Shown here piece after piece: positions 9,882 through 19,507 of a stretch of 64,000 nt of DNA. Under the pieces are notes generated by a model. The model was not told where the DNA came from and did no database searches. It saw only the letters and a list, made by a program, of their open reading frames with translations. The stretch is from Candidatus Falkowbacteria bacterium RIFOXYA2_FULL_38_12 (GTDB lineage: Bacteria; Patescibacteriota; Patescibacteriia; XYB2-FULL-38-15). The stretch spans positions 6,169 to 70,168 of the forward strand of contig MFGA01000006.1 of assembly GCA_001778095.1 (NCBI GenBank). The letters are read 5' to 3'. Each line of letters begins with the position of its first letter. Positions within the stretch are counted from its first letter, which is position 1. Made by a program: the position numbers and the translations under genes.

Positions 9882-12800
9882 TTATTGTCTTTCCAGCGCT
9901 ACATTAAATCTCACCGCTGCTCCTTTTTCTTTAGCGGTTAAATCTATATCATCGGTTTTTCGCGGTTTGAACTCCGGTTTACTGAAAGTCGCGTAATAAA
10001 CATTATTTCCAACCAAGAACGAATATCTTCCATTGGCATCGGTGACCTGTGTTTCCAATAATTTGTTATATTCTTTTTCAAAAATTCTGGCGACAGTTAA
10101 TCCAACAGGTTTTTTGGTATTTTTATCATAAACAACACCCCAGTTTTTCGGTTTTTTGGCTCGCGCAACTCTTTTCATGACAAAAAACAAGACAAAGTGT
10201 CCGGCCAAAAGTCCGAACATCCACGGCTTTGGCGAAATCATTACCGAAGCCATGGTAACGAGAAGTCCGGTCAAGGCGACAAGATCCTGCGCTCTTTTGC
10301 CAAAATATCCCAAAATAATCTTTTTATCAGTTACGGTTTTTTTACTTTCAATCGGATCAATGGGAATGTTTGGTGTGATGGTGGTATCTTTTTCGTTAAC
10401 AGTTAATTCTTCGCCATGATAAATATCTAAAAATTGGATATCTTCTTTTTTATCTTTCATGTAAACGGACGGAAAAGTGAAATTCGGTTTTGAAACTGCG
10501 ATATTGTATTTTCCCGGATTAACAAAAAAGGCAAATCTTCCTTCTCGGTCAGTCACTCTTGTTTGGACAAGTTTATTTGTTTCTTTGTTATAAAGACGAA
10601 CGATCGCCAGATCAACCGGCATTTTTGATAAAGAATTGTAGACAACGCCCCAACCTTTTCTTTTTTTAGGAAACAAGAGCAAAAGAGGTTGAGTAAAAAG
10701 GAATTGCAGAAAAGGAAGCAGGCTGGAAAAAGAAATAGCGGTTCCGTAGCTGATTATGGCAACGGCGGCAACGGTCGGCGCGGCGATATTTTCATTTGCT
10801 TTTTCAACTTCGGGATTATCTAAAACTTTTTCAGTGATTATTTCACCACCTTCACTTATTTTCTCGGCAATATTTTTGCTGACATTGGCAATATTCTCCG
10901 CAACGGGGGCTTCTTCGTTCCAGATAGGCTTTTCTTCGACAACAATAACCTCTTTTTTTAATTCAACAGTTTGGTTTATGTTATTTGTTGTTATCTCAAA
11001 TATTTCAGTTTGTTTTTTTTGATATCCGCTTTTTTCAACCACCAAGTAATATTTTCCTTTTGGTGTAATAAAACTATATTCGCCGTATTTGTTAGTATAT
11101 TGTGGATTCTCTTGGTTGAATTTTGCTCCGCTCCAGATAGTCTTGGGATTTTCCGTAAAAAGAGTGACTTTTGCTCCCTCTATTTTATTATCCCCTCTTC
11201 CTTCCCAGACAAAACCCGAATTGAGAAGAGAAAAACTTCCATCAATTTTGTCAAAAGTTCCATCTTCGTAGCTTACATATAAAGAAAACAATAGATTGGC
11301 CGGCTCATCAGGTATTTCAAAAGAAGTTTCATAAAAATTTTTACTATTCAGAGAAAGAAGATATGAAGAATTTTTAAAAATAATAGCAAGTTTTTCGGAA
11401 TTCTTGGTAAGTTTTTCTTTTTCTATTTTTAAGAGAACGGTTTTGTTGGTTAAGATTGATATTTGATTGTCTTGATTCGGTGAAAGTTGGATAGCGCCGT
11501 TGGCGGCAAGGAAACTAAAATCATTGATAGTCAGTTTTTCTTCTCCAAGAATAATTTTTTCTTCATCTATTTTTCCAAATATTTCTCCGGCTATTTCTTC
11601 AATTTCACCTTCTATGGCCGGTGGCAATTCCGGTTCTCCCGGACAACCGTCCCCCACGCAGGGCGGTTCTTCTGGAGGTTCTTCGGGTTCTTCTTCAGGC
11701 TCTTCATCGCACTCATCGCCAACGCACGGCGGTTCGACCACTACAACGATCGTCGCTTGAGTGAGCGCGCCGGCAGAATGATTTAGTGAAGCGTCATATG
11801 CGAAAGCGGTGTAATAAACCGGTCTGTTATAATCAGCTGCTGCAAATCTTATATCTGAAAAGTTTTCGGCTCTTCCGTCAAAAACCAAATCTCCTTCTTC
11901 CGGATTCGCCGGATGACTACCAAAGCTTCTTTTTATTAAGACTCTTGTAAAATCAGGATCAGCGGGGTTTGTCCAAGAAAGGTTGATTGTTCTTGCCGGA
12001 GTGGCGGTTGCGTTAAAATTACTGACATTGGCTGGCGGAATGAGGTCGTTTGTAGTAGTAAAAGTTTGATCTCCGGAAATAGCTGTATTTCCCCAAGCGT
12101 CAGTGGAAGTAATAATAAAATGGTAAGCTGTAGCAGTTTCCAGTCCTCCTAAAACAACAGTGTGGTTTAAAACAAAAGCGACTCCGGTGGCCATGCTTCC
12201 ATAAAGAATATTTTTTCCGTAATTTACAACACTGGTTGCCCCTTCATTAGTTTCCCAAGTTATTTCAGCCGAACTGTTTGTTATATTTATTGTTTGAATA
12301 TTGGAAATTACCGGCGGAATAATATCTTCTTCTGGTTCCGGTTCTTCTTCCGGCGGAATCACTGGAGGTGGTACAACCGGTCCCGGGGGAACTCCGCCTT
12401 CTTCAACTTCAGCGCTAACTGTCACCTGCTCATTGCTTACTATGTATATTGTTATTGTTTTTGAATCTCCAAAATTTCCGCCAATTTGGATAAAGTATGA
12501 ACCGGTCACGGCCGGATTTGTGATTCGTTCATTTCCGATCCCCTCTTCTGTCGTGTTTAGTCCTATTCTTATAATCACTGCGGAACTTCCGGCAATATAT
12601 GTTCCCGCATTGCTTGGCGCGGTCAGGGTAAAAACTCTGGCGGCAACCGATACTCCCCATTCTGTAGCCGTTGCTCCGCATCCGCCGGCTTCATTGTTAA
12701 TATCTTCTTGCGCTCCGTCATCAAGTAGATCAACGTCTCCACAATCAATGCCACCTAGATCGGCCGCAAAGGCACTGGGAAAAGTAATGGCAATGGTTTT

Positions 12801-12998
12801 ATTTTCTATGATTGCGGTTGAAAGAGTGGTAGTAAAAGAAAATTCATGATTAGCCGCGGCGCTGGTGGCAGTTCTTGATAAAGTGTCTTTTGCTTCAAAT
12901 AAAAGCCCGGCATTGGTTGGTTTTAAGAAGATAAGAGAGCCCAGTGTTACAACAGAGAATATTATCAGGTAAATCAACTTTTTGGTTAAGGAAAACAT
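9882..12998 (-). CDS. Large cell-surface protein with FN3-like and carboxypeptidase-regulatory-like beta-sandwich domains and internal TM segments
   Basis: 1038 aa. Signal peptide. Cys-Pro-Glu-rich linkers (PPCVGDECDEEPEEEPEE). Three CarboxypepD_reg-like modules (e.g. GVVYDKNTKKPVGLTVARIFEKEYNKLLETQVTDANGRYSF). Hydrophobic segments between modules. Confidence 0.65.
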   Translation of the reverse strand: MFSLTKKLIYLIIFSVVTLGSLIFLKPTNAGLLFEAKDTLSRTATSAAANHEFSFTTTLSTAIIENKTIAITFPSAFAADLGGIDCGDVDLLDDGAQEDINNEAGGCGATATEWGVSVAARVFTLTAPSNAGTYIAGSSAVIIRIGLNTTEEGIGNERITNPAVTGSYFIQIGGNFGDSKTITIYIVSNEQVTVSAEVEEGGVPPGPVVPPPVIPPEEEPEPEEDIIPPVISNIQTINITNSSAEITWETNEGATSVVNYGKNILYGSMATGVAFVLNHTVVLGGLETATAYHFIITSTDAWGNTAISGDQTFTTTNDLIPPANVSNFNATATPARTINLSWTNPADPDFTRVLIKRSFGSHPANPEEGDLVFDGRAENFSDIRFAAADYNRPVYYTAFAYDASLNHSAGALTQATIVVVVEPPCVGDECDEEPEEEPEEPPEEPPCVGDGCPGEPELPPAIEGEIEEIAGEIFGKIDEEKIILGEEKLTINDFSFLAANGAIQLSPNQDNQISILTNKTVLLKIEKEKLTKNSEKLAIIFKNSSYLLSLNSKNFYETSFEIPDEPANLLFSLYVSYEDGTFDKIDGSFSLLNSGFVWEGRGDNKIEGAKVTLFTENPKTIWSGAKFNQENPQYTNKYGEYSFITPKGKYYLVVEKSGYQKKQTEIFEITTNNINQTVELKKEVIVVEEKPIWNEEAPVAENIANVSKNIAEKISEGGEIITEKVLDNPEVEKANENIAAPTVAAVAIISYGTAISFSSLLPFLQFLFTQPLLLLFPKKRKGWGVVYNSLSKMPVDLAIVRLYNKETNKLVQTRVTDREGRFAFFVNPGKYNIAVSKPNFTFPSVYMKDKKEDIQFLDIYHGEELTVNEKDTTITPNIPIDPIESKKTVTDKKIILGYFGKRAQDLVALTGLLVTMASVMISPKPWMFGLLAGHFVLFFVMKRVARAKKPKNWGVVYDKNTKKPVGLTVARIFEKEYNKLLETQVTDANGRYSFLVGNNVYYATFSKPEFKPRKTDDIDLTAKEKGAAVRFNVALERQ

Positions 12999-13010
12999 CG
13001 CTTTACTTTT

Positions 13011-13249
13011 AAAACTCTAAATCCGAAATCCTAAACTCTAAACAAATACTAATATCAAAAGCCCCCTCAATTTATCATCCCGAGCTTGTCGACCGCGTGT
13101 CGCTAAAGCTTCAGCGAGTGGCGCAGGGATCTCACGCCGTGGTTAAAGAAGTATTATGGGATTTCTCGACAAGCTCGAAATGACAGAAATAGTTTTTGAT
13201 TTTGTATTTTGGATTTGTTTAGGATTTGGTGCTTAGGATTTAGGATTTC
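13011..13249. repeat. Repeat family E copy 1 (arms AAATCCTAAACTCTAAACAAA / TTTGTTTAGGATTTGGTGCTTAGGATTTAGGATTT) with a family-C element nested inside
   Basis: Left arm 13011-13046, right arm 13201-13249. The interior carries family-C copy 13073-13195. Same arms at 20621-20759 and inside the 16S gene. Confidence 0.7.
13073..13195. repeat. Repeat family C copy 1 (TGTCATCCCGAGCTTGTCGA...TCGACAAGCTCGAAATGACA) carrying an inserted CGCTAAAGCT mini-hairpin module
   Basis: About-20-bp TIRs. Relative to copy 2 (48102-48180) it has a 33-nt insertion ccgcgtgtcgctaaagcttcagcgagtggcgca. Confidence 0.75.
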
Positions 13250-14199
13250 TTTCCATACTTCTCTAAAATCCACCTATTATATCTTTTTATTCCCAAAACA
13301 AAGATTAAAAAGACAACTAAAATAGTTATTAAAGATATTCCGATAACGCGCCAAGGAAACACCCAAAAAGATTTTTCAGCAATAAGTGTTTGATCGGCGG
13401 ATCCGTAGCCTAGCGTAGCAACTGCTGAATATCGGCCAAAAGCAAAATTATCTTTTTCTTTTATTATTTCAGATAAATTTTCCGCGACATCTTTATTTTT
13501 CCAGGAAACATTATATTGTCGCACTGATCCGGGCAAGGCATTATTAAGCCCCGGGTTTACATCCAACGAAGCGACTTCTTTTCCCCAAATATTTTTTATT
13601 TTTATCTCGCCAATGGGTTTCAAATAAACATTGCCCATATTTTCAAAGCGCAAGGAAAGATTTACCGGCAGATGATTATACATTTTCTTGTCAGCGGAAA
13701 ATTCTATTATTCTAGCCTTCTCTTCGGCCATGCCGGCGATATTTACTAAAATCAAAGTGCCGGTTTTGGAAGTAATGCCAACGGAGTCTTTATTTGCTGA
13801 CGGCATTGCCCAAAGAATTCCGGCGAAATGTCCACCCGGAAAGGCTCCATCGGGAATGTTTATTGTAAAAAGTATATTTTTTCTTTCGTTCGATTTTAAA
13901 GTGACAGTTTTTTCTTTAACGTCAATCCAGTTGGAAAGTTTAGAAGGATCATTTTTATCAGCTATTGGCAAGAAGTTTGGCGTCCCTTTTTCATTTAACG
14001 GTTTAAAATCTCTAACTTCAGCTACAAGAGTTATCGGAGCGGAAGTTTCATTGAAAAGTTTAACAACATCAGTAATCGTCTCCCCTCTTTTGGCTATAAA
14101 TTCCATTGTTGGCGGAGAAATAGTCAGGGCAAAAGAAGAGATAGGAAAAAAACCAGCTAGCGCAATCAGAAGTAGAATTTTTATTATAGTTTTTTTCAT
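13240..14199 (-). CDS. Secreted protein with C-terminal membrane anchor (DUF916/DUF3324-like cell-surface architecture)
   Basis: 319 aa. Signal peptide. Beta-rich ectodomain. C-terminal TM helix followed by a basic tail (KRYNRWILEKYGKKS). Confidence 0.4.
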   Translation of the reverse strand: MKKTIIKILLLIALAGFFPISSFALTISPPTMEFIAKRGETITDVVKLFNETSAPITLVAEVRDFKPLNEKGTPNFLPIADKNDPSKLSNWIDVKEKTVTLKSNERKNILFTINIPDGAFPGGHFAGILWAMPSANKDSVGITSKTGTLILVNIAGMAEEKARIIEFSADKKMYNHLPVNLSLRFENMGNVYLKPIGEIKIKNIWGKEVASLDVNPGLNNALPGSVRQYNVSWKNKDVAENLSEIIKEKDNFAFGRYSAVATLGYGSADQTLIAEKSFWVFPWRVIGISLITILVVFLIFVLGIKRYNRWILEKYGKKS

Positions 14200-14210
14200 A
14201 CAATTTATTC

Positions 14211-14352
14211 TGTCATTGCGAGCCCAGACTTTTTAGTCGGGGCGTGGCAATCCCCTTCTTTTTCTTGTATTGCAGGGGATTGCTTGCACCGTCGCTAAGG
14301 CTATGGTGGCACACAGTCGTCCCCCGCAAAAGGCGGGGTTCTCGCAATGACA
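14211..14352. repeat. Repeat family B copy 1 with perfect 12-bp TIRs TGTCATTGCGAG / CTCGCAATGACA
   Basis: Perfect terminal inverted repeat read directly. The interior contains a CGCTAAGGCTAT mini-hairpin and a ccccgcaaaaggcgggg hairpin. Confidence 0.8.
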
Positions 14353-14357
14353 AACTC

Positions 14358-15050
14358 TTAAAAGTTTCCCGTAGAAATATAAGTAACCGTATGCGAATAG
14401 TTCCCAGTAACTGAACTTGTGGAAATTGTCGCTCTGTAGGTAATTGTAGTTGTACTTGCGTTTATATAACTTGAATAAGAGGCAACGGTTTGAGCAGTAC
14501 TGGTAATCGCCGTATCGGTCGCATTCATTTGTCCTTGGTCTCCCGAAGTTCTAATTCCATATTCTTCACTTCCGGCGCTCACAGATCCATCGGCGACATC
14601 GTTAATATCGTTTGCCCCACTTCTTAAGTTCCCATCTTCAATAACGGTTGTCGTATATCCTTTTTCTGAATTCGTTGTAGTGATAATCGTGTGGCTCCTC
14701 GTAGTAACAGCGTTTCGATCCAAAAGACCAAAATCAATTGAGTTGCTTGATATTGAAAAAGTTAAAGTTGGATTTGCCTCAACTTGTCTAAATCCCCCCT
14801 GATTTCCATAACTTGCGCTTGAAATTGGACCAGTTCCTAATTCTCCCAGAGTGTCCTGTAGTTGGTAGCTGGCAGAGCTTGAAGTTTCCTCCCCGCCGAC
14901 ATTAAAAGAATCCATCCAATTAATATAATTAGCTGAACTCATGGAAGCCAAGGACGTTTTTGGCTCTATGGTAAAAGGAAAAAAAAGACAAAAACAAACC
15001 AAAGCGATTTTTATTAATTTTATGAACAAAACCATCATAAAATAAATCAC
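14358..15050 (-). CDS. Secreted Ser/Thr-rich protein of unknown function
   Basis: 230 aa. N-terminal hydrophobic signal. Rich in S/T/N. Follows the surface-protein genes on the same strand. Confidence 0.45.
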   Translation of the reverse strand: MIYFMMVLFIKLIKIALVCFCLFFPFTIEPKTSLASMSSANYINWMDSFNVGGEETSSSASYQLQDTLGELGTGPISSASYGNQGGFRQVEANPTLTFSISSNSIDFGLLDRNAVTTRSHTIITTTNSEKGYTTTVIEDGNLRSGANDINDVADGSVSAGSEEYGIRTSGDQGQMNATDTAITSTAQTVASYSSYINASTTTITYRATISTSSVTGNYSHTVTYISTGNF

Positions 15051-15089
15051 TTTTATGCAATTAAAGGTACATGGAGACTTGTTCTTTGA

Positions 15090-15218
15090 TAATCCTTTCT
15101 ACTGCAACTGGTAATTTTGGCTCCAAATTGTTCAAAGCTCGTTGAGGTATTACCAATATCTCTCCTCGCTTTTCACAATTTTCGCTCAAAATTACTGCGT
15201 TTCGTAACGAAAGATTAC
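15090..15218. repeat. Repeat family F copy 1 (about 150-bp TIR element AATCCTTTCTACTGCAAC...GAAAGATTA)
   Basis: Near-identical to 52951-53084. Related copies at 58763-58925, 61182-61218 (partial) and 62046-62196 (inverted). Confidence 0.7.
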
Positions 15219-15584
15219 CAAAAAACAAGTCTTAAAAGAATAAAGCTTCTATTCCAAGGGTACGCAAACATTTACAGTCTTGATTCTTGCCTCAATTTTG
15301 GGTACAATTACATTAAGGCAGACTTGTTGCGGTTTGGGAAAGGAACTTTAATCTTTTTAACAAAGCCTCCCCTCTTTCTTTAAATGTTAACAATCAAAAT
15401 AAAGAGCAAAAGTGGATCAGATTGTTAATATTATTGTATACATTATATATATTATAGCATAAAAAAGGCAAAAAGTCAAAGATAGGAGCTTATATTATAC
15501 AATATTGTAAACATAGTGTATAGAGTACTGTAAACATTGAAAAAGAGGCTTTTGGCTATTTTGGTTTCCCCTGCCGTTTCCTGC

Positions 15585-15698
15585 GTCGTTCTGAGGGGAG
15601 CGATCCCACAAAAGGCGGGACACGTATGCGGTCTAGAAAAGAATGTTGCTCGCATCCGTGAGAGATTCTCCATCCACAAAAGGCGGGGTCAGGATGAC
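15585..15698. repeat. Hairpin repeat family A copy 2 (variant ending CCACAAAAGGCGGGGTCAGGATGAC)
   Basis: Aligned by eye to copy 1 and to copy 5 (26325-26442), which shares the same 3' variant. Confidence 0.75.
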
Positions 15699-15866
15699 TT
15701 TTCTGCTAGGACGGTGAAAATCAATAATATTAGTTCTGTATAGATAGTTTCACGCTAAACATTAGATAAATAGGATTTGTTTGGCGTGGAACAGTAGATT
15801 CCCCCTCTTGTCTATGCAGAATAGCAATTCGGAGGGTTCATTGGTACTAAAAATAATATAAAATTT

Positions 15867-16853
15867 ATGAATCCTTATCGTGAACCTAGCGAATTTACAG
15901 AGGCTAATCCGGCAATTGAAGAAATGTTAAAAAGGGAGAGGGCAAAAGAAATAATGAAAGATGATTATTTTGGTCCGGAAGCAGTTAAGACTGTCTTTGG
16001 TATTGAAGTTCTTGATTCGGAAATTCCGTCGCTTCCATATACATTAGAGCAATTAGAACAAGCTAAAGAGCTAGGCGAAATACTTATTTTACGCGTTTCG
16101 CATGATAATAGTGGTAGGCCGATGACTATGGAGCAGATCAATGAAATAATGCAACCCAGAATGAAAAGTAAAATTTTTTGTGATTATCGTCCAGGGGAAG
16201 GAGATTGGTTTAAAAGCGAAGATTTCTATAAAAAAGATTTTATTAAAACGGAATGGAAGCTAGTAAGCAGATCATTTCTTCCAGATGTAACTTCTAAAAA
16301 AAATAAAGAAGGAAAATATGTTAATGGTTCAAGGGGCTGTGGCTACGCATATCAAACTAAAATATTGCGAGAATGGCTTAAATCTATAGATTTCCTAGAA
16401 AAAGATGAAGAGTCAGAGTGTTCCGATAAAATACTTTTAGAATTGTCGGAAGAAGTAGGTCTTAAATTCGGGTCAAGCGCAATTAAGGACTATTCTAAGC
16501 GTTGGCCTGCGAAAAAAGAAAAAAAATTTTGCCGTAAAATAGTCAATTTAAAAATTAATGTAAGGCATAGACAATCCCCAACAGAAATACTCTATGATTG
16601 GATGTTGGGATTTTCCACTAGGGGAGGATTGTCTGTTTCTGATGCAGAGATAGCAGGTTCTATAGAAAGCAGGTTAAAATATTATGGCCTCTTCGGAGAC
16701 GAGAGGTCAAGGGTCTTGTCTCGTAGTTTGTCATCCAGGGGTCGTGTTGTGGGGGTTCATTTTTGCTTTTCATATTTAGGCGGGAGAATGTATATTTTTG
16801 ATAGTTATGCGAGTATAGGTGAATGGGAAGAAGGGTTAATTTCACAGCGCTAA
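15867..16853 (+). CDS. Hypothetical protein, no recognizable domain
   Basis: 328-aa ORF with ordinary codon composition. No motif I can assign. Lies between two family-A repeat copies with a small HTH gene downstream. Confidence 0.55.
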   Translation: MNPYREPSEFTEANPAIEEMLKRERAKEIMKDDYFGPEAVKTVFGIEVLDSEIPSLPYTLEQLEQAKELGEILILRVSHDNSGRPMTMEQINEIMQPRMKSKIFCDYRPGEGDWFKSEDFYKKDFIKTEWKLVSRSFLPDVTSKKNKEGKYVNGSRGCGYAYQTKILREWLKSIDFLEKDEESECSDKILLELSEEVGLKFGSSAIKDYSKRWPAKKEKKFCRKIVNLKINVRHRQSPTEILYDWMLGFSTRGGLSVSDAEIAGSIESRLKYYGLFGDERSRVLSRSLSSRGRVVGVHFCFSYLGGRMYIFDSYASIGEWEEGLISQR

Positions 16854-16946
16854 TTCTGGATCTTATCTTTTCGGTTTGACAAAAAAGAATTTACAGTGTA
16901 GCATTATAGTAAGATGGTATAAATACTAGTATTAAAATACTATAAT

Positions 16947-17159
16947 ATGAAAGAAATTTCCAAGCTGGCTAAGGCGATCAAAGCTCTAAGGAAAAAGAAA
17001 AAAATGTCCCAAGACAAGCTTTCCAAAACAGCTGATATCGCTTATAATACTTTAATAAAGATAGAATCCGGAGTGATAAAAAATCCGACAATAAAAACGA
17101 TGAAAAGTTTAGCGAAAGCGTTTGAGGTTACGATTGATGAATTGGCGAAGAGTATATAA
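16947..17159 (+). CDS. XRE-family (Cro/C1-type) helix-turn-helix transcriptional regulator
   Basis: 70 aa. MSQDKLSKTADIAYNTLIKIESGVIKNPTIKTMKSLAKAF is a canonical HTH_3 pattern. Confidence 0.75.
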   Translation: MKEISKLAKAIKALRKKKKMSQDKLSKTADIAYNTLIKIESGVIKNPTIKTMKSLAKAFEVTIDELAKSI

Positions 17160-17166
17160 TTTTTTC

Positions 17167-17270
17167 GTCATTCTGAGCGGAGCGACCCCGCAAAAGGCGG
17201 AGCGCGTATGCGGGCTAGAAAAGAATATCGCTCGCATTCGCGAGAGATCCTTCACTGCGTTCAGGATGAC
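17167..17270. repeat. Hairpin repeat family A copy 3
   Basis: Near-identical to copy 1. Sits between the HTH gene stop and the proS start. Confidence 0.8.
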
Positions 17271-17315
17271 AGTTGCTATTTTTTGTAAATCTCAAAAAGG
17301 TAATTAAACAAAAAT

Positions 17316-18779
17316 ATGAAAACTAAGACAGAAGAAACAACAGAAAAAGGAGCCAAAATAAAAATAACCAAGCGGGGAGAGGATTTTTCCCGCTGGTATA
17401 CTGACGTAATCGCGGCCGCCGAGATGGCCGATTACGCGCCGGTAAAAGGCTGTATGGTTATTCGGCCGTATGGTTATGCTATTTGGGAAAATTTTCAAAA
17501 AGTTTTAGATAAAATGTTCAAGGAGACCGGACACGAGAACGCTTATTTCCCATTATTTATTCCGGAAAGTTTTTTAAAGCGCGAAGAAAATCATATTGAA
17601 GGATTTTCTCCGGAGCTCGCGGTCGTCACTCATGCCGGAGGAAAAAAATTAGAGGAAAATTTAGTGGTGCGGCCAACTTCGGAGACGATTATTTATGACA
17701 GTTTTTCCAAATGGATTGAATCGTGGCGCGATTTGCCACTGCTATTAAATCAATGGGCCAATGTCGTCCGTTGGGAAATGCGAACTAGATTATTTTTGAG
17801 AACAACAGAATTTCTTTGGCAAGAGGGGCACACGGCGCATGCGACCGAAAATGAGGCTGAAGAAGAAGTATTAAAAATGCTTGAGGTTTATCGGAAATTT
17901 TCCGAAGAATATTTAGCTTTGCCGGTAATCCCCGGAAGAAAAAGCGAGAATGAAAAATTTGCCGGAGCTCTTCGGACATATTGTATTGAAGGAATGATGC
18001 AAGATAAAAAAGCGCTCCAATGTGGAACATCGCATAACCTTGGACAGAATTTTGCCAAAGTTTTTGATGTTAAATTTTTAGATCAAGAGGGGACGAAGCA
18101 ATATGTTTGGCAGACAAGCTGGGGCGTCTCTACGCGGCTTATCGGCGCTTTAATCATGGCGCATGGGGACGATAACGGAATAATTGTTCCTCCAAAAATA
18201 GCCGCAGTGCAAGCGGTCATTATTCCTATTTGGAAAAGCGAAGAAGAAAGAGAAAAGGTTTTGGAAGCTGCCAAAAAATTATATGAGGAATTAAAAGACG
18301 GTGGCATTGGTGTTCGCCTTGACGAAAGAGATTTGCGTCCGGCTTGGAAATATTTTGAATGGGAAAGAAAAGGCGTGCCGGTAAGAATTGAACTGGGTCC
18401 GCGCGATATAGAAAAAAGCGAAGCGGTTATGGTTCGCCGAGATACGGGAGAAAAGAGAAATGTTTTACAAAAACAACTGGCGGACGAAGTTAAAAAAGAG
18501 CTTGAGGCTATCCAAAAAAATCTTTTTGATCGCGCTTTAAAATTTCAAAAAGAAAATACTTTTGAAACGGAAGATTGGGAAGAATTTAAAAAGATTATGG
18601 CAGGGGACGGGGGATTTGTAAAAGCGAATTGGTGTGGAGAGACAAAATGCGAGCTAGAAATTAAAGAAGAGACAAAAGCGACAGTTAGATGTATTCCTTT
18701 TAATGAAAAAGCATCTGGCAAATGTATCCATTGTGATAAAAAAGCAAAAGAAAAAGTAATTTTCGCGCAAGCGTATTGA
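17316..18779 (+). CDS. proS: Prolyl-tRNA synthetase, archaeal/eukaryotic type
   Basis: 487 aa. Class II core. C-terminal zinc-binding motif (CGETKCE...CIHCDKKA) typical of archaeal-type ProRS. Confidence 0.9.
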   Translation: MKTKTEETTEKGAKIKITKRGEDFSRWYTDVIAAAEMADYAPVKGCMVIRPYGYAIWENFQKVLDKMFKETGHENAYFPLFIPESFLKREENHIEGFSPELAVVTHAGGKKLEENLVVRPTSETIIYDSFSKWIESWRDLPLLLNQWANVVRWEMRTRLFLRTTEFLWQEGHTAHATENEAEEEVLKMLEVYRKFSEEYLALPVIPGRKSENEKFAGALRTYCIEGMMQDKKALQCGTSHNLGQNFAKVFDVKFLDQEGTKQYVWQTSWGVSTRLIGALIMAHGDDNGIIVPPKIAAVQAVIIPIWKSEEEREKVLEAAKKLYEELKDGGIGVRLDERDLRPAWKYFEWERKGVPVRIELGPRDIEKSEAVMVRRDTGEKRNVLQKQLADEVKKELEAIQKNLFDRALKFQKENTFETEDWEEFKKIMAGDGGFVKANWCGETKCELEIKEETKATVRCIPFNEKASGKCIHCDKKAKEKVIFAQAY

Positions 18780-18791
18780 TTTATTATTTTT

Positions 18792-19154
18792 ATGAAGACA
18801 GAGAAATTGATAGGTGGCGTAAGGGAGAAGGAAGATGCAAAAAAGATAATAGATGATTTTTTGGGAGAAGGTCATGTTCCGTATGAAGATCAAGAGAATA
18901 GGAAGAAAGATCTAATGGATGCTTTTTTAAGAAGAGATCTGACTCAGAGGGAGGAAGAGGAATTTTTAAGATTTATGTTGCCAGACAAACGACAGGGGAA
19001 ACCATTTAAGACAATAGAAGATCTTAGAAAGTTTATAAAAGATTGTGAAGAAAAAGGTGTTTTTGAGGGAATTAAGAGAGAGGAGCCACCGACAAAAGAG
19101 CAAATGCAAGCACTCGTGGAAAGTTTTTTTACAGAAAGAGAAAGTAATGAATAG
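18792..19154 (+). CDS. Hypothetical acidic protein
   Basis: 120-aa ORF followed by a bidirectional terminator. Confidence 0.45.
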   Translation: MKTEKLIGGVREKEDAKKIIDDFLGEGHVPYEDQENRKKDLMDAFLRRDLTQREEEEFLRFMLPDKRQGKPFKTIEDLRKFIKDCEEKGVFEGIKREEPPTKEQMQALVESFFTERESNE

Positions 19155-19175
19155 AATGGGAATAGAAAATAAATG

Positions 19176-19212
19176 ATAAAAAAAGACTGCCGTTTATGGG
19201 CAGTCTTTTTTA
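19176..19212. terminator. Bidirectional intrinsic terminator
   Basis: aaaaagactgcc-gtttat-gggcagtctttttt: GC stem flanked by an A-run and a T-run, between convergent genes. Confidence 0.6.
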
Positions 19213-19222
19213 TATCGTTAAA

Positions 19223-19492
19223 TTATTTTTTACCTTTGGTGAATTTTAGTTTCATGGCGGCAAATGTCCCGACGGCAATGCCTAGAGAATAAACAAGGAT
19301 GGCGAGCCAGCTTCTTTCCGAGTCCAGCCTAGTTAAAATGTCATAGAAGACGCCCATGCTGACAACGGAAGTGAAAAAAGAAAAGGTGGAGGCTAAAACC
19401 GGTTTTTCATTGGCGACATATTTGACATTGTAAGTCCAAAATAAATCTTGCAGAACACCGACAAAGAAATAGAGAAGAAGATAGGCGCTCAT
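19223..19492 (-). CDS. Small integral membrane protein (3 TM)
   Basis: 89 aa, three hydrophobic helices. Confidence 0.45.
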   Translation of the reverse strand: MSAYLLLYFFVGVLQDLFWTYNVKYVANEKPVLASTFSFFTSVVSMGVFYDILTRLDSERSWLAILVYSLGIAVGTFAAMKLKFTKGKK

Positions 19493-19507
19493 AATTTTTC
19501 GCTTAAA

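Noticed and set aside
15390-15560. AT-rich intergenic segment with TTGTATACA / TGTAAACA words (also near 360-410), considered as operator sites for the XRE regulator
   Set aside because: Only a few loosely similar words in very AT-rich DNA. Not distinguishable from background without a motif-enrichment test.
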